64,000 bases of DNA from Malacoraja senta. Taxonomy: Eukaryota. The position numbers and the translations under genes are program-made. Shown one piece after another: positions 51,608 through 63,459 of the stretch (within the stretch, counting starts at the first letter, position 1; each line of letters opens with the position of its first letter). The stretch spans positions 19,036,001 to 19,100,000 of the forward strand of contig CM075989.1 of assembly GCA_038087875.1 (NCBI GenBank), given 5' to 3'. The notes below the pieces were generated by a model. That model did no database searches. It saw nothing but the letters and a program-made list of their open reading frames with translations, and was not told where the DNA came from.

Positions 51608-52637
51608 TTGCAGGGTTTTAATGATTTGTCCTTGGATGTTGAAGTAAAAGTTGTGACTAAACACAATTTTTAGAAGTCAGGGCTGCCAATGTAAAAGTAG
51701 TCATGGATCAACGTTGCTTTCCATTACTTAGTAGATCACAGTTCACATTTAGTTAAACATATACTGAATAAATAGAAGCCGGGGAAGAGCATATTGGCCT
51801 AGGGTGTGGTCTGCCATTTAGTGAAATCAGCTTGATCTGATCTTGGTCTCGATTCCACTTTCTGCCTAGTCCTTAAGTGGTTGTGATTGTTGTTCATCCA
51901 TCTGTTATAGATACGTAAATGTGGCAAGGAACTGCAGGTGCTGCTTTACAGAAAATGCCTGAGTAATTCAGCGGGTCCGGTAGCATCTCTGGAAAACATG
52001 GATGGGTACCATGGGACGTCTTGGATTGGGACCCTTCCTCAGACTGATGGTGGTTGGGGGGGGGGGAGGAAGCTGGGCGAGATGAGGGACGGGACAAAGC
52101 CTGATGAGGTGAAGGAGGGTGGGGTGGTGGTATGGAAAGCAGTAGGTTGGACAAAGACTAGAAAGGGAAAGACAAAAACAGTGAGATAAGGACATAAGAA
52201 GTGCAAATTGTAAAGCCAGAGGAATTAATATAGGTGGAAGGGGAGAAATGGGTGCAAGTCCAGGTGGGACACAGGGAAGAGGGGAGGGAGGGGGTTATTT
52301 GTAGGTTAGTTACATAAAGTTGTAGAATTCAATGTACATGGAGAAACAAATGGGACAATTCTTCCTGTTTTCAAATTACTGGCTTATTTTACAGGGGAAA
52401 GATTTCTCTTTCCCCCATAGTTTTCTATGGCTTCCTCCCATTTAGCTTGACTCAACTGTTTTTCAACGTCTTCTTATTCCCTTCAGTGCTTCCAATTCTT
52501 GTCATTCATTCTTATACTGTCTCCTCAGTTTGATAAAAAACTAAGTATAAAATAGTACATGTTGGTAGAAAATTAATAATTATTTTGAGGTGTAGGTATA
52601 AAAAAATGAAGTGTAGCCTAAAGAGATCACAAGTTTG

Positions 52638-52898
52638 AGGTGCATCAGTGGAACAGCGGTAATGTTGCTGCCTTACAGCGACAGGTTAGATCCTGACTAT
52701 GGGTGCTGTCTGTACGTTCTCCCAGTGATCATGTGGGTTTCCTCCCACACTCAAGACGTCCAGGTTTGTAGGTTAATTGGCCTTTGTAAGTTATTAAATT
52801 GTCCCTGGTGTTTAGGATAGCGTTAGTGCAAGGGGTGATTCCTGGTCGGCGCTGACTTGGTGGGCCATAGGGCTTGTCACCAAGCTGTATCTCTAAGG
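52638..52898 (+). mobile_element. HE1 SINE
   Basis: Diverged copy directly followed by a CR1 fragment. Confidence 0.78.
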
Positions 52899-52904
52899 TA
52901 CAAA

Positions 52905-53278
52905 ACTTACATAATTCTTAAGGGGTTGGACAGGCTAGATGCAGGAAGATTGTTCCCGATGTTGGGGAAGTCCAGAACAAGGAGTCACAGTTTAAGGATA
53001 AAGGGGAAATCCTTTAGGACCGAGATGAGAAAAACATTTTTCACACAGAGAGTGGTGAATCTCTGGAACTCTCTGCCACAGAAGGTAGTTGAGGCCAGTT
53101 CATTGGCTATATTTAAGAGGGAGTTAGATGTGGCCCTTGTGGCTAAAGGGATCAGGGGGTATGGAGAGAAGGCAGGTACAGGATATTGAGTTGGATGATC
53201 AGCCATGATCATATTGAATGGCGGTGCAGGCTCGAAGGGCCGAATGGCCTACTCCTGCACCTATTTTCTATGTTTCTA
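52905..53278 (+). mobile_element. Young CR1 3' fragment, near-identical to the 23806 copy
   Basis: Same peptide and 3' UTR with only scattered substitutions. Confidence 0.9.
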
Positions 53279-55219
53279 AAAGTTATTGGATTTGAAACTT
53301 AAAATGTCCAGCCATCGGCAGGAAAAATAGAAAGTGAATGGAATCCAATTTGACATGTGTGAAAATGATGCAGTGCCTCACCTTGCTTGCAACTCAAGTA
53401 CAATGTTCATAATGCAGAGAGGAATCTGCAGAAATGCCTTTCATTTGTGAAAATAGATAATTAAATAAGAACTCTTATTCAGGTGACGTGATTGAAATAT
53501 CTTACTATAGCACAAAATATTAACCAACGTTCATAAGATACTAATTTTTCTGTTCAATTTAAATCTCTCACTTGGTGACTAAGTGTCATTGATACATTGT
53601 CTATTTATATCTGCAGTTCATGAATTAAACAAAAGCTAGTGATTTTGTTCAACTACAGTTTTCAAATTACAATGTTAACTGAAAGTTCTGTTTATTCAGG
53701 GCTAGACTGGTATCGCTTCATGCAATGAGTTGAGTGTTTTTAGTGCAACATGGCATCCCTTTATCTGCATATTTATTGGGGTTGTTTTCCACCTTCCGAT
53801 GTTGGCGATGTAGATTTAAAGCAGTTTTGAGAAAAATGGCCAGCCTTAAATGTCTAAATGAAAATGTGAATTCCTATGTAATGGAGAATGGAATGCAGGT
53901 CAGTGTGACCTAGAGTGTCAGTGTCACGTTGATATCAGTCTGACGAAGGATCTTGACTTAAAACGCCGTCTGTCACTGCCTGACCTGCTGATTTATAGAT
54001 TCATACCATCATACAGCACGGAAACAGGCCCTTCAGCCCAACTTGCCGATGCTGACCAAGATGCCCCATTATTTGGAGTATTGTGGGCAATTCTGGTCGC
54101 CTCATTTACAGGAAGGTGTGTTTTAAATTAATTAATCTTCTACTTCACCCAACATTCCCACTGATCTCCCAATGTGAACACTTTTCAGTACAATTCTCAA
54201 ACACTATTAGGGCGGATGATTACATTGTCTCTATCTTTTCGGAATTATATTAAAGACCTTGAAAGATGACTAGTTAAAAACTACTATTGTAGTACAATAC
54301 ATAGAAAGTATCAAACATCAGATGAAACCATCTTTATTGCATTTTAGTAGAAAGACACTAACAGTAACAAATAATTGTCACATGAACGTAATACCGTTGA
54401 ACTAATTTTATGACGCATTTATTTCTTTCTTTACAAATCCCTGATCAATCATTTGTGGAATGTGACAATTATATATGCCTGAGATTCAGTGATTGAGGTG
54501 ACAATTGATCCTTTCCTGAGCTCATGCTATTTGTATGTGCCTTGATTTCGTAGTGAATGTCAGTACTGGTAAGAGACCCCATTCTCTTGCTTATTGCTCT
54601 ACAACAAGGACAAAAGGATTAAAAAAAAATTATGCTTATACCCATGTTTTAAATTGACTATTTTTCTGAGGTGGATAAAAAGCACAGCACAACAGATTGT
54701 ACCGTGCCAGTAGACCCAACTACTGATGGCACAGTTGTGGACTTTAAACATGTGTGAGAATGTATTAGCAGGGAAGCACAGGATCTGCATTCCACTGGCA
54801 TATGAAGTGGGGCATGGTAACACACTAACAAACTGCGGCATCATGCCCATTAATGTACAAAGATACGCTGTTCTGCAGGTCACATTCACCACCCTCATGA
54901 CTGCATTCCTCAGCTATCTCCGACCTTGAAATCTTTTGAGTTCATTAGCTCCTCTTTAAAAATAGATTGGGATAAATATGGGCAAGCTTCATGTGATCTG
55001 TGGAACGCATGCGGGTATTTGTGCAGTGGCTGTGGAGAACCTTCCCTATGAGAGTTTACTTGATGTGGAGCAGGATGAGATTACTTTTATTGGCAAGTCT
55101 CTTGACCCAGGAAATAATTAGCTTTCAAGGAAGTGATGGGCCAAATGGCTCGCTTCTGTGTCAAAAATTTCCACGAGTCCCTATAGTAAATTGGAGTCTA
55201 GTCACGAGAATTAGGCTGT

Positions 55220-55247
55220 CTGATGAAGGGTCTCGACCCGAAACGTC
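55220..55247 (+). ncRNA. Minimal hammerhead core at the 5' end of a PLE-tail derivative (55218-55320)
   Basis: CUGAUGA-A-GGGU(CUCG)ACCC-GAAA-CGUC, with a GUC triplet. Confidence 0.6.
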
Positions 55248-55809
55248 ACCTATTCCTTTTCTCCGGAGATGCTGCCTGATCCGCTGAGTTACTCCAGCAT
55301 TTTGTGTCTTATCTTCCGTATTAAGTTGTCATATGTACTGACGATGGAATAATGAAATTCGTACTTGCTGCAGCTTAGCAGGCAATAACACACACAGATA
55401 TAATAATTCATAATATTTTTAAAAATTCTAACTGTAATACCAGGTAACCATAATATTGCAAAAATTGAAGTCCATATTGCACACAAAGACATAGTCCGTA
55501 GAAGATGATAGTTGCTGAGGTAGTGAATGTTGTGCTCTGTTCAAGAGAATGATGGTTGCTGGGGGAATCTGTTCTTGAACTTGGAGGTCAGGGTTTTCAA
55601 GATCCCGTACCTTCTTGCTGATGATAGGAGTGAGATAAGAGCCTGGCCAGGGTGGTGTTGGTCTTTGATGATAATACTGGCTTCCCTTTTTGAGGCGGTG
55701 CCTCATTCCATTATTAATCTTACGCAATGTTACAAAAAACATTTTGGTAATTTTCCCATTGTTTGTGGGATTGGGTACAATATTTATTACATTACAATAA
55801 TTATTACAC

Positions 55810-56110
55810 TTTAGTTTAGTTTAGAGCTACAGCGTGGAAACAGGCCCTTCGGCCCACCGAGTCCGCACCAACCAGTGATCCCCGCACATTAACACTATCC
55901 TACACTCGCTAGGGATAATTTATATTTACACCAAGCCAATTAACCTACAAACCTGTACGTCTTTGGAGTGTGAGAGGAAACCGAAGATCTCGGCGAAAAC
56001 CCACGTGGCCACCGGGACAATGTAAAACTCCGTACAAACAAGCACCCATAATCGGGATCGAACCCAGGTCTCCGGCGCTGTAAGGCAGGCGCTCTACCTC
56101 TGTGCCACCT
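55810..56110 (-). mobile_element. HE1 SINE
   Basis: Full-length, little-diverged copy. Confidence 0.88.
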
Positions 56111-56847
56111 GTCTTCTCAGTCCCCCAATCATTCCTGGACTTTTAAAGTTTTGTTTAAATCAAGCAACCAAATATGTTTTTTGCCAGTGTATTCCCATAT
56201 AACATTAGAGATTAGAGCCCAGGCACACCATGCTCCTGTGAGACGTGAAGACAGCCACCTTCTGGCTTTGGATGCATAGGTGGAACAGCTAGTTCAACGG
56301 TGCGTTTATTGTCACATGTGCAAAGTGCAAATGCACAGTGAGGTTATTTTCTTACAAACAGTCCAGTAGAGTATTGCCGTACCTAAACTCATCCCCGATT
56401 AGCAAGTGTACAGAAGTAGTCTATTGATTATGCAAGGGTCACCATTGTTTTGGTGCTATTTTCAGAGTCCAGTTCACACTCTATGTATCATGTGCAGTGC
56501 GCTTTCCAGGTAAGCCCCAGTCTGCAGCGAGGCCCCCAGCCATCACCTTCCCTCGGACGTGCGGGTCGCCCAGCTCCTCGCCCATCCACCTTTGTGCCTT
56601 GGGGCAGCCTCCAGCAGCCCACCTCAGGATCTGGAATTATGTGCTTTTAAATTATCGAGCATAATAAACTATGTTCCTCTCCATCTCAACCCTTCCGTGT
56701 TGTTTAGTTTAGAGATACAGCATGGATAGAGGCCTTTTCCCCTACCAAGTCCATGCTGACCATTGATCCCCCATTCACACTAGTTCTGTGTTATCCCACT
56801 TTCTCATCCATATCCCACACACTTGGGTCAATTTTACAGCAGCCAAC

Positions 56848-57146
56848 TAGGTACAGGAGCCTGAAGACTGCAACGACCAGGTTCAGGAATAGCTACTTCC
56901 CCACAGCCATCAGGCTATTAAACTTGGCTCGGACAAAACTCTGAACATTAATAGCCCATTATCCATTTATTTGCACTTTATCAGTTTATTTATTCATGTG
57001 TGTATATATTTATATAATGGTATATGGACACACTGATCTGTTTTGTAGTCAATGCCTTCTCTGTTCTGTTGTGCTGAAGCAAAGCAAGAATTTCATTGTC
57101 CTATCAGGGACACATGACAATAAACTCTTGAACTTGAACTTGAACT
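56848..57146 (+). mobile_element. Rex1/Babar-like LINE tail splitting an HE1 SINE (56701-57277)
   Basis: YRSLKTATTRFRNSYFPTAIRLLN, AATAAA and (CTTGAA)n tail; SINE halves on both sides. Confidence 0.75.
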
Positions 57147-57705
57147 AGAGGAAACTAGAGGCCCACGTGGTCACAGGGAGAAAGTGAAAACTGCACAGAG
57201 ACAGCACCTGAAGTCAGGATCGAACCTGGGTATCTGGCGCTGGAGGCAGCAGCTCTACCAGCTGTGCTACTGTGCTATCCTTATTACAAAAGATGAACAA
57301 CAGTTCCTGACCATAAAGCTGAGTGGAGCCAATGCTGCAGCCTCTCCAACTGGCAGCACAGTATTGACACTTGCTGTTTTATAATAACTGACGTCCCATG
57401 ATGTTGCAGGGCTTTTTATCAGCTTTCTGGAATTGTGTTCCTCATAACTTAGCGCACATGGTTACGAGTCAACTGCAGATTATATTACGTGGGACTGCAG
57501 AATTTAAATTGTTGTGGAATTGCTCTGTGCCATTTCCTCAATCACCCAGTGAAATCTGCCCTTCAGTGGCCTTGAGAATCAGACGTGTATGGACTGCAGC
57601 AGTAGTTTGCTGTGGTGCCTCCAGGTGGCACTCTTGCATGCATTTCTCTCGACACTGCATCTTCCTGTATAATGCAATGCTGCTCAGATGCAATCAAGAG
57701 TATCA

Positions 57706-59020
57706 CGCTACATCGATGACTGTTTTGGTGCCACCTCCTGCACCCACACACAACTGACTGACTTCATCCGCTTCACCACCAACTTCCATCCGGCAGTCAA
57801 ATACACCTGGACCATTTCCGACACTTCCCTATCATTCCTTGACCTCACTATCTTCATCGCAGGTGATAGACTCCTTACCGACATCCACTACAAACCTACC
57901 GACTCCCATGGCTATCTGGACTGCACTTCTTCCCACCCTGCTTCCTGTAAGGACTCCATCCCCCACTCCCAATTCCTCCATCTACGCCGCATCTGCTCCC
58001 AGGATGAGGCGTTCCACACCAGGGCATCCGAAATGTCCTCATTCTTCAGGGAACGGGGGTTCCCCTCCTCCACCATAGATGAGGCTCGCACCAGGGTCTC
58101 TGCCATACCCCGCAACACTGCTCTCTCTCCCCATCCCCCCACTCACAACAAGGGCAGAGTCCCCCTAGTCCTCACCTTTCACCCCACCAGCCGTCACATA
58201 CAAGAAGTGATCCTCCGTCAGTTTCGCCACCTCCAACGTGACCCCACCACTCGCCACATCTTCCCATTTCCCCCCATGTCTGCCTTCCGCAAAGACCGCT
58301 CCCTCCGTAACTCCCTTGTCAATTCTTCCCTTCCCTCCCGTACCACCCCCTCCGCGGGTACTTTCCCTTGCAACCGCAAGAGATGCAACACTTGTCCCTT
58401 CACCTCCCCCCTCGACTCCATTCAAGGACCTAAGCAGTCGTTCCAGGTGCGACAGAGGTTCACCTGCATCTCCTCCAACCTCATCTATTGCATCCGCTGC
58501 TCTAGATGCCAGCTGATCTACATCGGTGAGACCAAGCGGAGGCTTGGCGATTGTTTCTCCGAACACCTCCGGTCGGTCCGCAATAACCAACCTGACCTCC
58601 CGGTGGCTCAGCACTTCAACTCCCCCTCCCATTCCGTATCTGACCTCTCTGTCCTGGGTCTCCTCCATGGCCACAGCGAGCAACACCGGAAATTGGAGGA
58701 AATGCACCTCATATTCCGCTTGGGCAGTCTACATCCTGGTGGCCTGAACGTTGAATTCTCCCAATTCTGCTAGCCCTGGCTGTCCCCTCCCCTTCATCAG
58801 CCATCTGGTTGTCTCCTCCCCTCCCCCAGCCCTCGGGCTCCTCCTCCTCCTTTTCCTTTTTTCCTTTCTTCTCCCCACCCCCTATCAGTCTGAAGAAGGG
58901 TTTCGGCCCGAAACGTTACCTATTTCCTTCGCTCCATAGATGCTGCTGCACCCGCTGAGTTTCTCCAGCATTTTTGTGTACCTTCGATTTTCCAGCATCT
59001 GCAGTTCCTTCTTTAACACA
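57706..59020 (+). mobile_element. 5'-truncated Penelope-like retroelement (Neptune-like): RT C-terminal half, Cys linker, GIY-YIG endonuclease and 3' UTR
   Basis: ORF 57688..58773 has the RT motif RYIDD, SFLDL and YKPTDSHGYL motifs, a CNRKRCNTC linker, and LIYCIRCSRCQLIYIGETKR...EH...HFN...GLN (GIY-YIG). A pyrimidine-rich spacer follows, then the tail shared with many short elements. Confidence 0.93.
58890..58917 (+). ncRNA. Minimal hammerhead ribozyme core in the PLE 3' UTR
   Basis: CUGAAGA-A-GGGU(UUCG)GCCC-GAAA-CGUU: both catalytic boxes, a 4-bp stem II, and a palindromic AACGUU stem-III remnant as described for PLE-associated minimal HHRs. Stem I is weak. Confidence 0.65.
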
Positions 59021-59202
59021 TACTTATTGGTTACTTAATTCTCTTTAAAAAAATGTAAGGTGAAGGGGAAAAGATTTAATAGGAATCTGAGGGGTAACAT
59101 TTTCACACAAAGGATGGTGGATGTAAGGAACAAGCTGCCAGATGAGGTAGTTGAGGCTGGGACTATCCCAACTTTTAAGAAACAGTTAGACAGGTACATG
59201 GA

Positions 59203-59427
59203 CAGACACAAAATGCTGGAATAACTCAGCGGGACAGGCAGCATCTCTGGAGAGAAGGAATGGGAGACGTTTCGGGTCGAGACCCTTCTTCAGACTGATC
59301 GAGAGGAGGAGAACGTCTTCAAAGTATACATATCTCTTGAGGAGATTTCGCAGTGGAGCAGACGAAATGTGTAAGAAAGAACTGCAGATGTTGGTTTAAA
59401 CCAGCATCTGCAGTTCTTTCCGACACA
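59203..59427 (-). mobile_element. PLE-tail derivative (intact core on the - strand at 59266-59293) nested in a CR1 3' fragment
   Basis: GACGTTTCGGGTCGAGACCCTTCTTCAG, plus a terminal palindrome centred on TTTAAA (~59368-59427). CR1 sequence resumes after it. Confidence 0.8.
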
Positions 59428-61204
59428 TCCAGTCCATGGATAGGACAGGCTTGGAGGGACATGGACCAAATGCAGGCAGGTGGGAGCTAGTGTAGCTGGG
59501 ACATGTTGGCCGGTGTTGGTAAGTTGGGCTGAAGGGCCTGTATCACTCTACGTCTCTGACTCAAAATAATATATCCCATTGTGAAGGAAATGATTGCAAC
59601 AGAAAGGCCCCGACACAATGAAGTCAAGAAATTCCACACGATGATTACATTGGCAAGTTTCCCAAATACGCCTGTTATTGCTCCACCCGTCCATGAATAC
59701 TCAATGAATAAGGGTTTAGATTCGTGCGTTAACCTCTGTTGTGTTTAGATTGTCATCGGGTGTGTGCTTTCAGAATGCAAATACATCAGCCGCGACCTGC
59801 TCTAGCCTTCATCCCTAGATGTACACCGCATGTTTGTTGTATGAGCTCTACTAACCGATGGTGGTATCAAGGCGTTGTTTTATGAAACCAGCTTCCTTAT
59901 GAATTAAATCCAGGTTGAGCAAGCATTGAACCCGAGGCATCAGTCTAATAGATCTTTCCACTGTATTACGGGTGGCAGACTACAAAGCCATTTTCATGCA
60001 CATTATCATTTTATGCTGAGAAATAATTTTGCAAATCAAATCTGCACCAGTCGCAAATTTGATTAATTATTTCACACTTTATCCCCGGGAGTCTGATCAT
60101 GCCTAGAGAGGCAAATAGTGGGGCATCAATGAATAATGTTTACTTGAGTAATCAATGAGGCAAATAGTGCCTTGAGGAGTATAGCATGTTGATGGAAGGA
60201 AAACAAGTTGTGCATTTATATGGCGCCTTCCATGATCTCGGGGCATTCCTAATGCTGTACAACCAATGTAGCAGACGTTAGGCTGTGAGCACCGCTGTAA
60301 TGCGGAACTATGGCAGAAATGTACATACAACAGCTAATACTGGACCAACACTGACCCAGGCGTAAACATTTATTTCTATAATTCTGGGTTCCTGTGTTGA
60401 GTGGAAGAACTGAGACCACCTTGGCATCCCACGAAGCAATAAACAGTGAGAAGGAGATACAAGAAACTGCAGATGCTGGAATCCTGCGCAAAACACCGGA
60501 GGCCACAGTCCTGGAGGAACTCAGTGGGTCGGGCAACATGTGAGACAGACGACATTTTGGCTGGAGACCCTTTCGTCAGACTGTGAAGTCTTGAGTCTGA
60601 AAATGGATCCTGACCTGAAACGTCATTCACTTCCACTGATGCTGCCTGACACTGCGAGCAGGAAACTAGATCACATGAAGTTCAAGGTTACTTTTGTTTT
60701 ACCCAGAAACGACCTTTATGCATCCATTGTGAAAGACATAAAGAATGCATTTTCATTTCATAGGATCACACAACACACGGACTGTTTGCCCATCGTACCT
60801 ATGCCACCTCTTTAAGTCATCAGCTCTTTACCTGCAGCCCTATGTTATTTCTTTAAATGAAAATGGTCTTTAAATGAAACGGCGTTTTAGAAATAGAGCA
60901 TGTTTTCTTACATAAAAGTTAGAAATTGGTGGCCTTTAAAATGCCAAATGTGAACCACAGATTAATGATGCACTCTGGCAACTGACTGCATCCATATTGG
61001 ATTCTGCTGTGCTTAATAACTAAAAAGATGATCACGCCTTGAAGCATAATTGGACACTCGGCGAGCAAAGCAGATCTTTCAGCTTCACATGCTGAATTTG
61101 AACCACAGTATTTGAGCCACATTGGGAATAAGAGATTGAAGGATGTTTTATGGTGTCATGCTCTCGCAAGATGCTGCTATCTGCTGTTCTTTGTGAAAAA
61201 TTGG

Positions 61205-61523
61205 AGGCTGTATAAAAGTATGAAAATGCACATCTATAGATTCAGGGTCCGTTTCTTCCCAGCTGTTATCAGGCAACTGAATCGTCCAACCACAACCCGA
61301 GAGCAGTGCTGAACGTCCATCTATCTCTTTGGTGACCTTCGGACTATCCTTGATTGGACTTTGCTGTCTTTATCTTGCACTAAACGTTATTCCCTTATCC
61401 TGTATCTATACACTGTAAATGGCTCGATTGTAATAATGTATTGTCTTTCTGCTGAGTAGATAGCACGCAACAAAAGCTTGTCACTGTACCTCGGTACACG
61501 TGACAATAAACTGAACTGAACTA
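61205..61523 (+). mobile_element. Rex1/Babar-like LINE 3' tail
   Basis: RFRVRFFPAVIRQLN followed by GTGACAATAAACTGAACTGAAC. Confidence 0.75.
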
Positions 61524-61620
61524 ATTCCTCACCGAGACCATCATTGTCTATTTTTCACAACATTATGAACAGCTGATATCTAGCACTGTTGGCAGAGGTG
61601 AGTCGAGTTAGTCCGCCCAT

Positions 61621-61738
61621 CTGAAGAAGGGTCTCGACCCGAAACGTCACCCATTCCTTCTATCCAGAGGAGCTGCCTGTCCCGCATTTTGTGACTATCT
61701 TCAGTTTAAACCAGCATCTGCAGTTCCTTCTTACACAC
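61621..61738 (+). mobile_element. PLE-tail-derived short element with an intact hammerhead core (61621-61648)
   Basis: CTGAAGAAGGGTCTCGACCCGAAACGTC...GCAGTTCCTTCTTACAC; flanked by AGTCCG(C/T)CCATC at 61610-61621 and 61739-61750. Confidence 0.85.
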
Positions 61739-62556
61739 AGTCCGTCCATCGATGCTTTGATCATTTGTAGATTAAAGGAGAGCAACTCAGAGGCAAAAGA
61801 GAGACACAAGACCCTGCAGATACTGGAATCTTAACCAAAACACAAAGTACTGGAGGAAATCAGCTGGTCAGGCAGTATCTGTGGAGCAACTTCTTCAGAC
61901 TGATGGGTTGTTGATTGCTTCATCAATCTGAAGAAGGATCCCAAGCCAACCATTTCCCACAACATATGCTGCCTGGCCCTGTATTCCTCCAACCTTTGCT
62001 TTTGGCTCAGGAGCAAAATAAGTCATTTCTGAGAAACACAACAACAAATTGCAGGAAATGAACAGTGGGATCATCAAATTTTGATAAAGTAAAAATGTAC
62101 TCAAATGTTTAAATATATGCCTCTGTATACCACGTGAATATTGAATTACACCATCACAATCTGGAATGTGACATAATCGACTAATTTAATTTCTAATCGT
62201 TGAAGACCTACTTTCCTTTCTGAGGGGCCAATTATTCTTTGTATCTTCCCTTGAGTTATTAAGCTCAACAAAATGCAACAAGGATGCAGTCAGTTGCACT
62301 ATCAATCTGCATTATTTGTCCATGGATTAAATATGTTACAAGCTGCATCTGAAAGAGTTTAGGTTAAAGCACAAAATAAAAAGACTAAGGTTCAAATGCT
62401 GGAGGTGGAAAAGAAACTACAAAACTAATATTCAGTAAGTTCTGATGATAGGTCTTTACGTTGGTTCAACATCACGTTGCCTTTCTATTTTCCATTTAGT
62501 GAATAATTACTGCTCTCTGTAAGTCTCTTTCTTTGTCTGAAGCAATCCCTTACGAC

Positions 62557-63030
62557 CAGTGGAACAGCTGGTAGATCTGCTGCCTCAGACTGCTGGAGAC
62601 CCAGGTTCCATCCTGTCCTCGGGTGCTGACTGTAGCGTTTGCACATTCTTTCTGTGACCGCGTGGGTTTCCTCTGGGTGCTCCGGTTTCCTCAAAATAAT
62701 TTTCAGAGACCAGAGCAAATCTTTGACCGTCGAGAATTAATTCTTTTTTTTCAAGCTTATCAATCAGTCCTGGTTTATATGTTGTTGTTGAACTAACTGC
62801 ACACTAACTGTATCTGTGCGGAGTTTTGTACATTCTCCTTGTGACTGTGTGGGTTTTCTCCAGGTGCTCCGGTTTCCTCCCACATTCCAAAGACGTGCAG
62901 GTTTGTAGGGTCATTGATTTCTGTAAATTGCCCCTAGTGTGTAGGATAGAACTAGTGTATGGGTGATTGGTTAGCATGGACTCTGGGCCGGAGGACATGT
63001 TTCTACGCTGTATCTCTAAACTGAACTAAA
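62557..63030 (+). mobile_element. Two partial HE1 SINE copies (62557-62692 and 62805-63030)
   Basis: Head plus V-domain, then V-domain plus tail. Confidence 0.78.
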
Positions 63031-63459
63031 TGTAGTGCTCATTGTTTTAAAACAAGTCCTCTTCCAATTGTGTCACTAGATGGCATGTTTGCACATCAGA
63101 AAAATTAGAAGTTACAAAGAGTCCCATTATGGAAACGCAAGAAACTGCAGTTGCTGGAACCTTGAGCTGAACACAAAGTGCTGGAGAAACTCAGCGGGCC
63201 TGGCACCATCGGTGGAGGGAATGGACAGGCGACGTTTTAGGTTGGGACTCTTCTATAGACTTGAATGGGGAGGAAGTGCTCTAATTAATGTTGGCATCCT
63301 TCAATGGTGGGAAAGATGCGGCCTTTCATAATGTATCAGGTTTAACATTAGCTTTATCATTACATTTAATGACCACCGAGTTGTGCAACGTGAAGATCTT
63401 CAGTTGGCCACTTTCTATGCTGGTCCGACGGCAATCAGATCTCCAGGGGAACAGCATTA

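Noticed and set aside
58165..58707. 180-aa antisense ORF
   Set aside because: Shadow frame of the PLE ORF.
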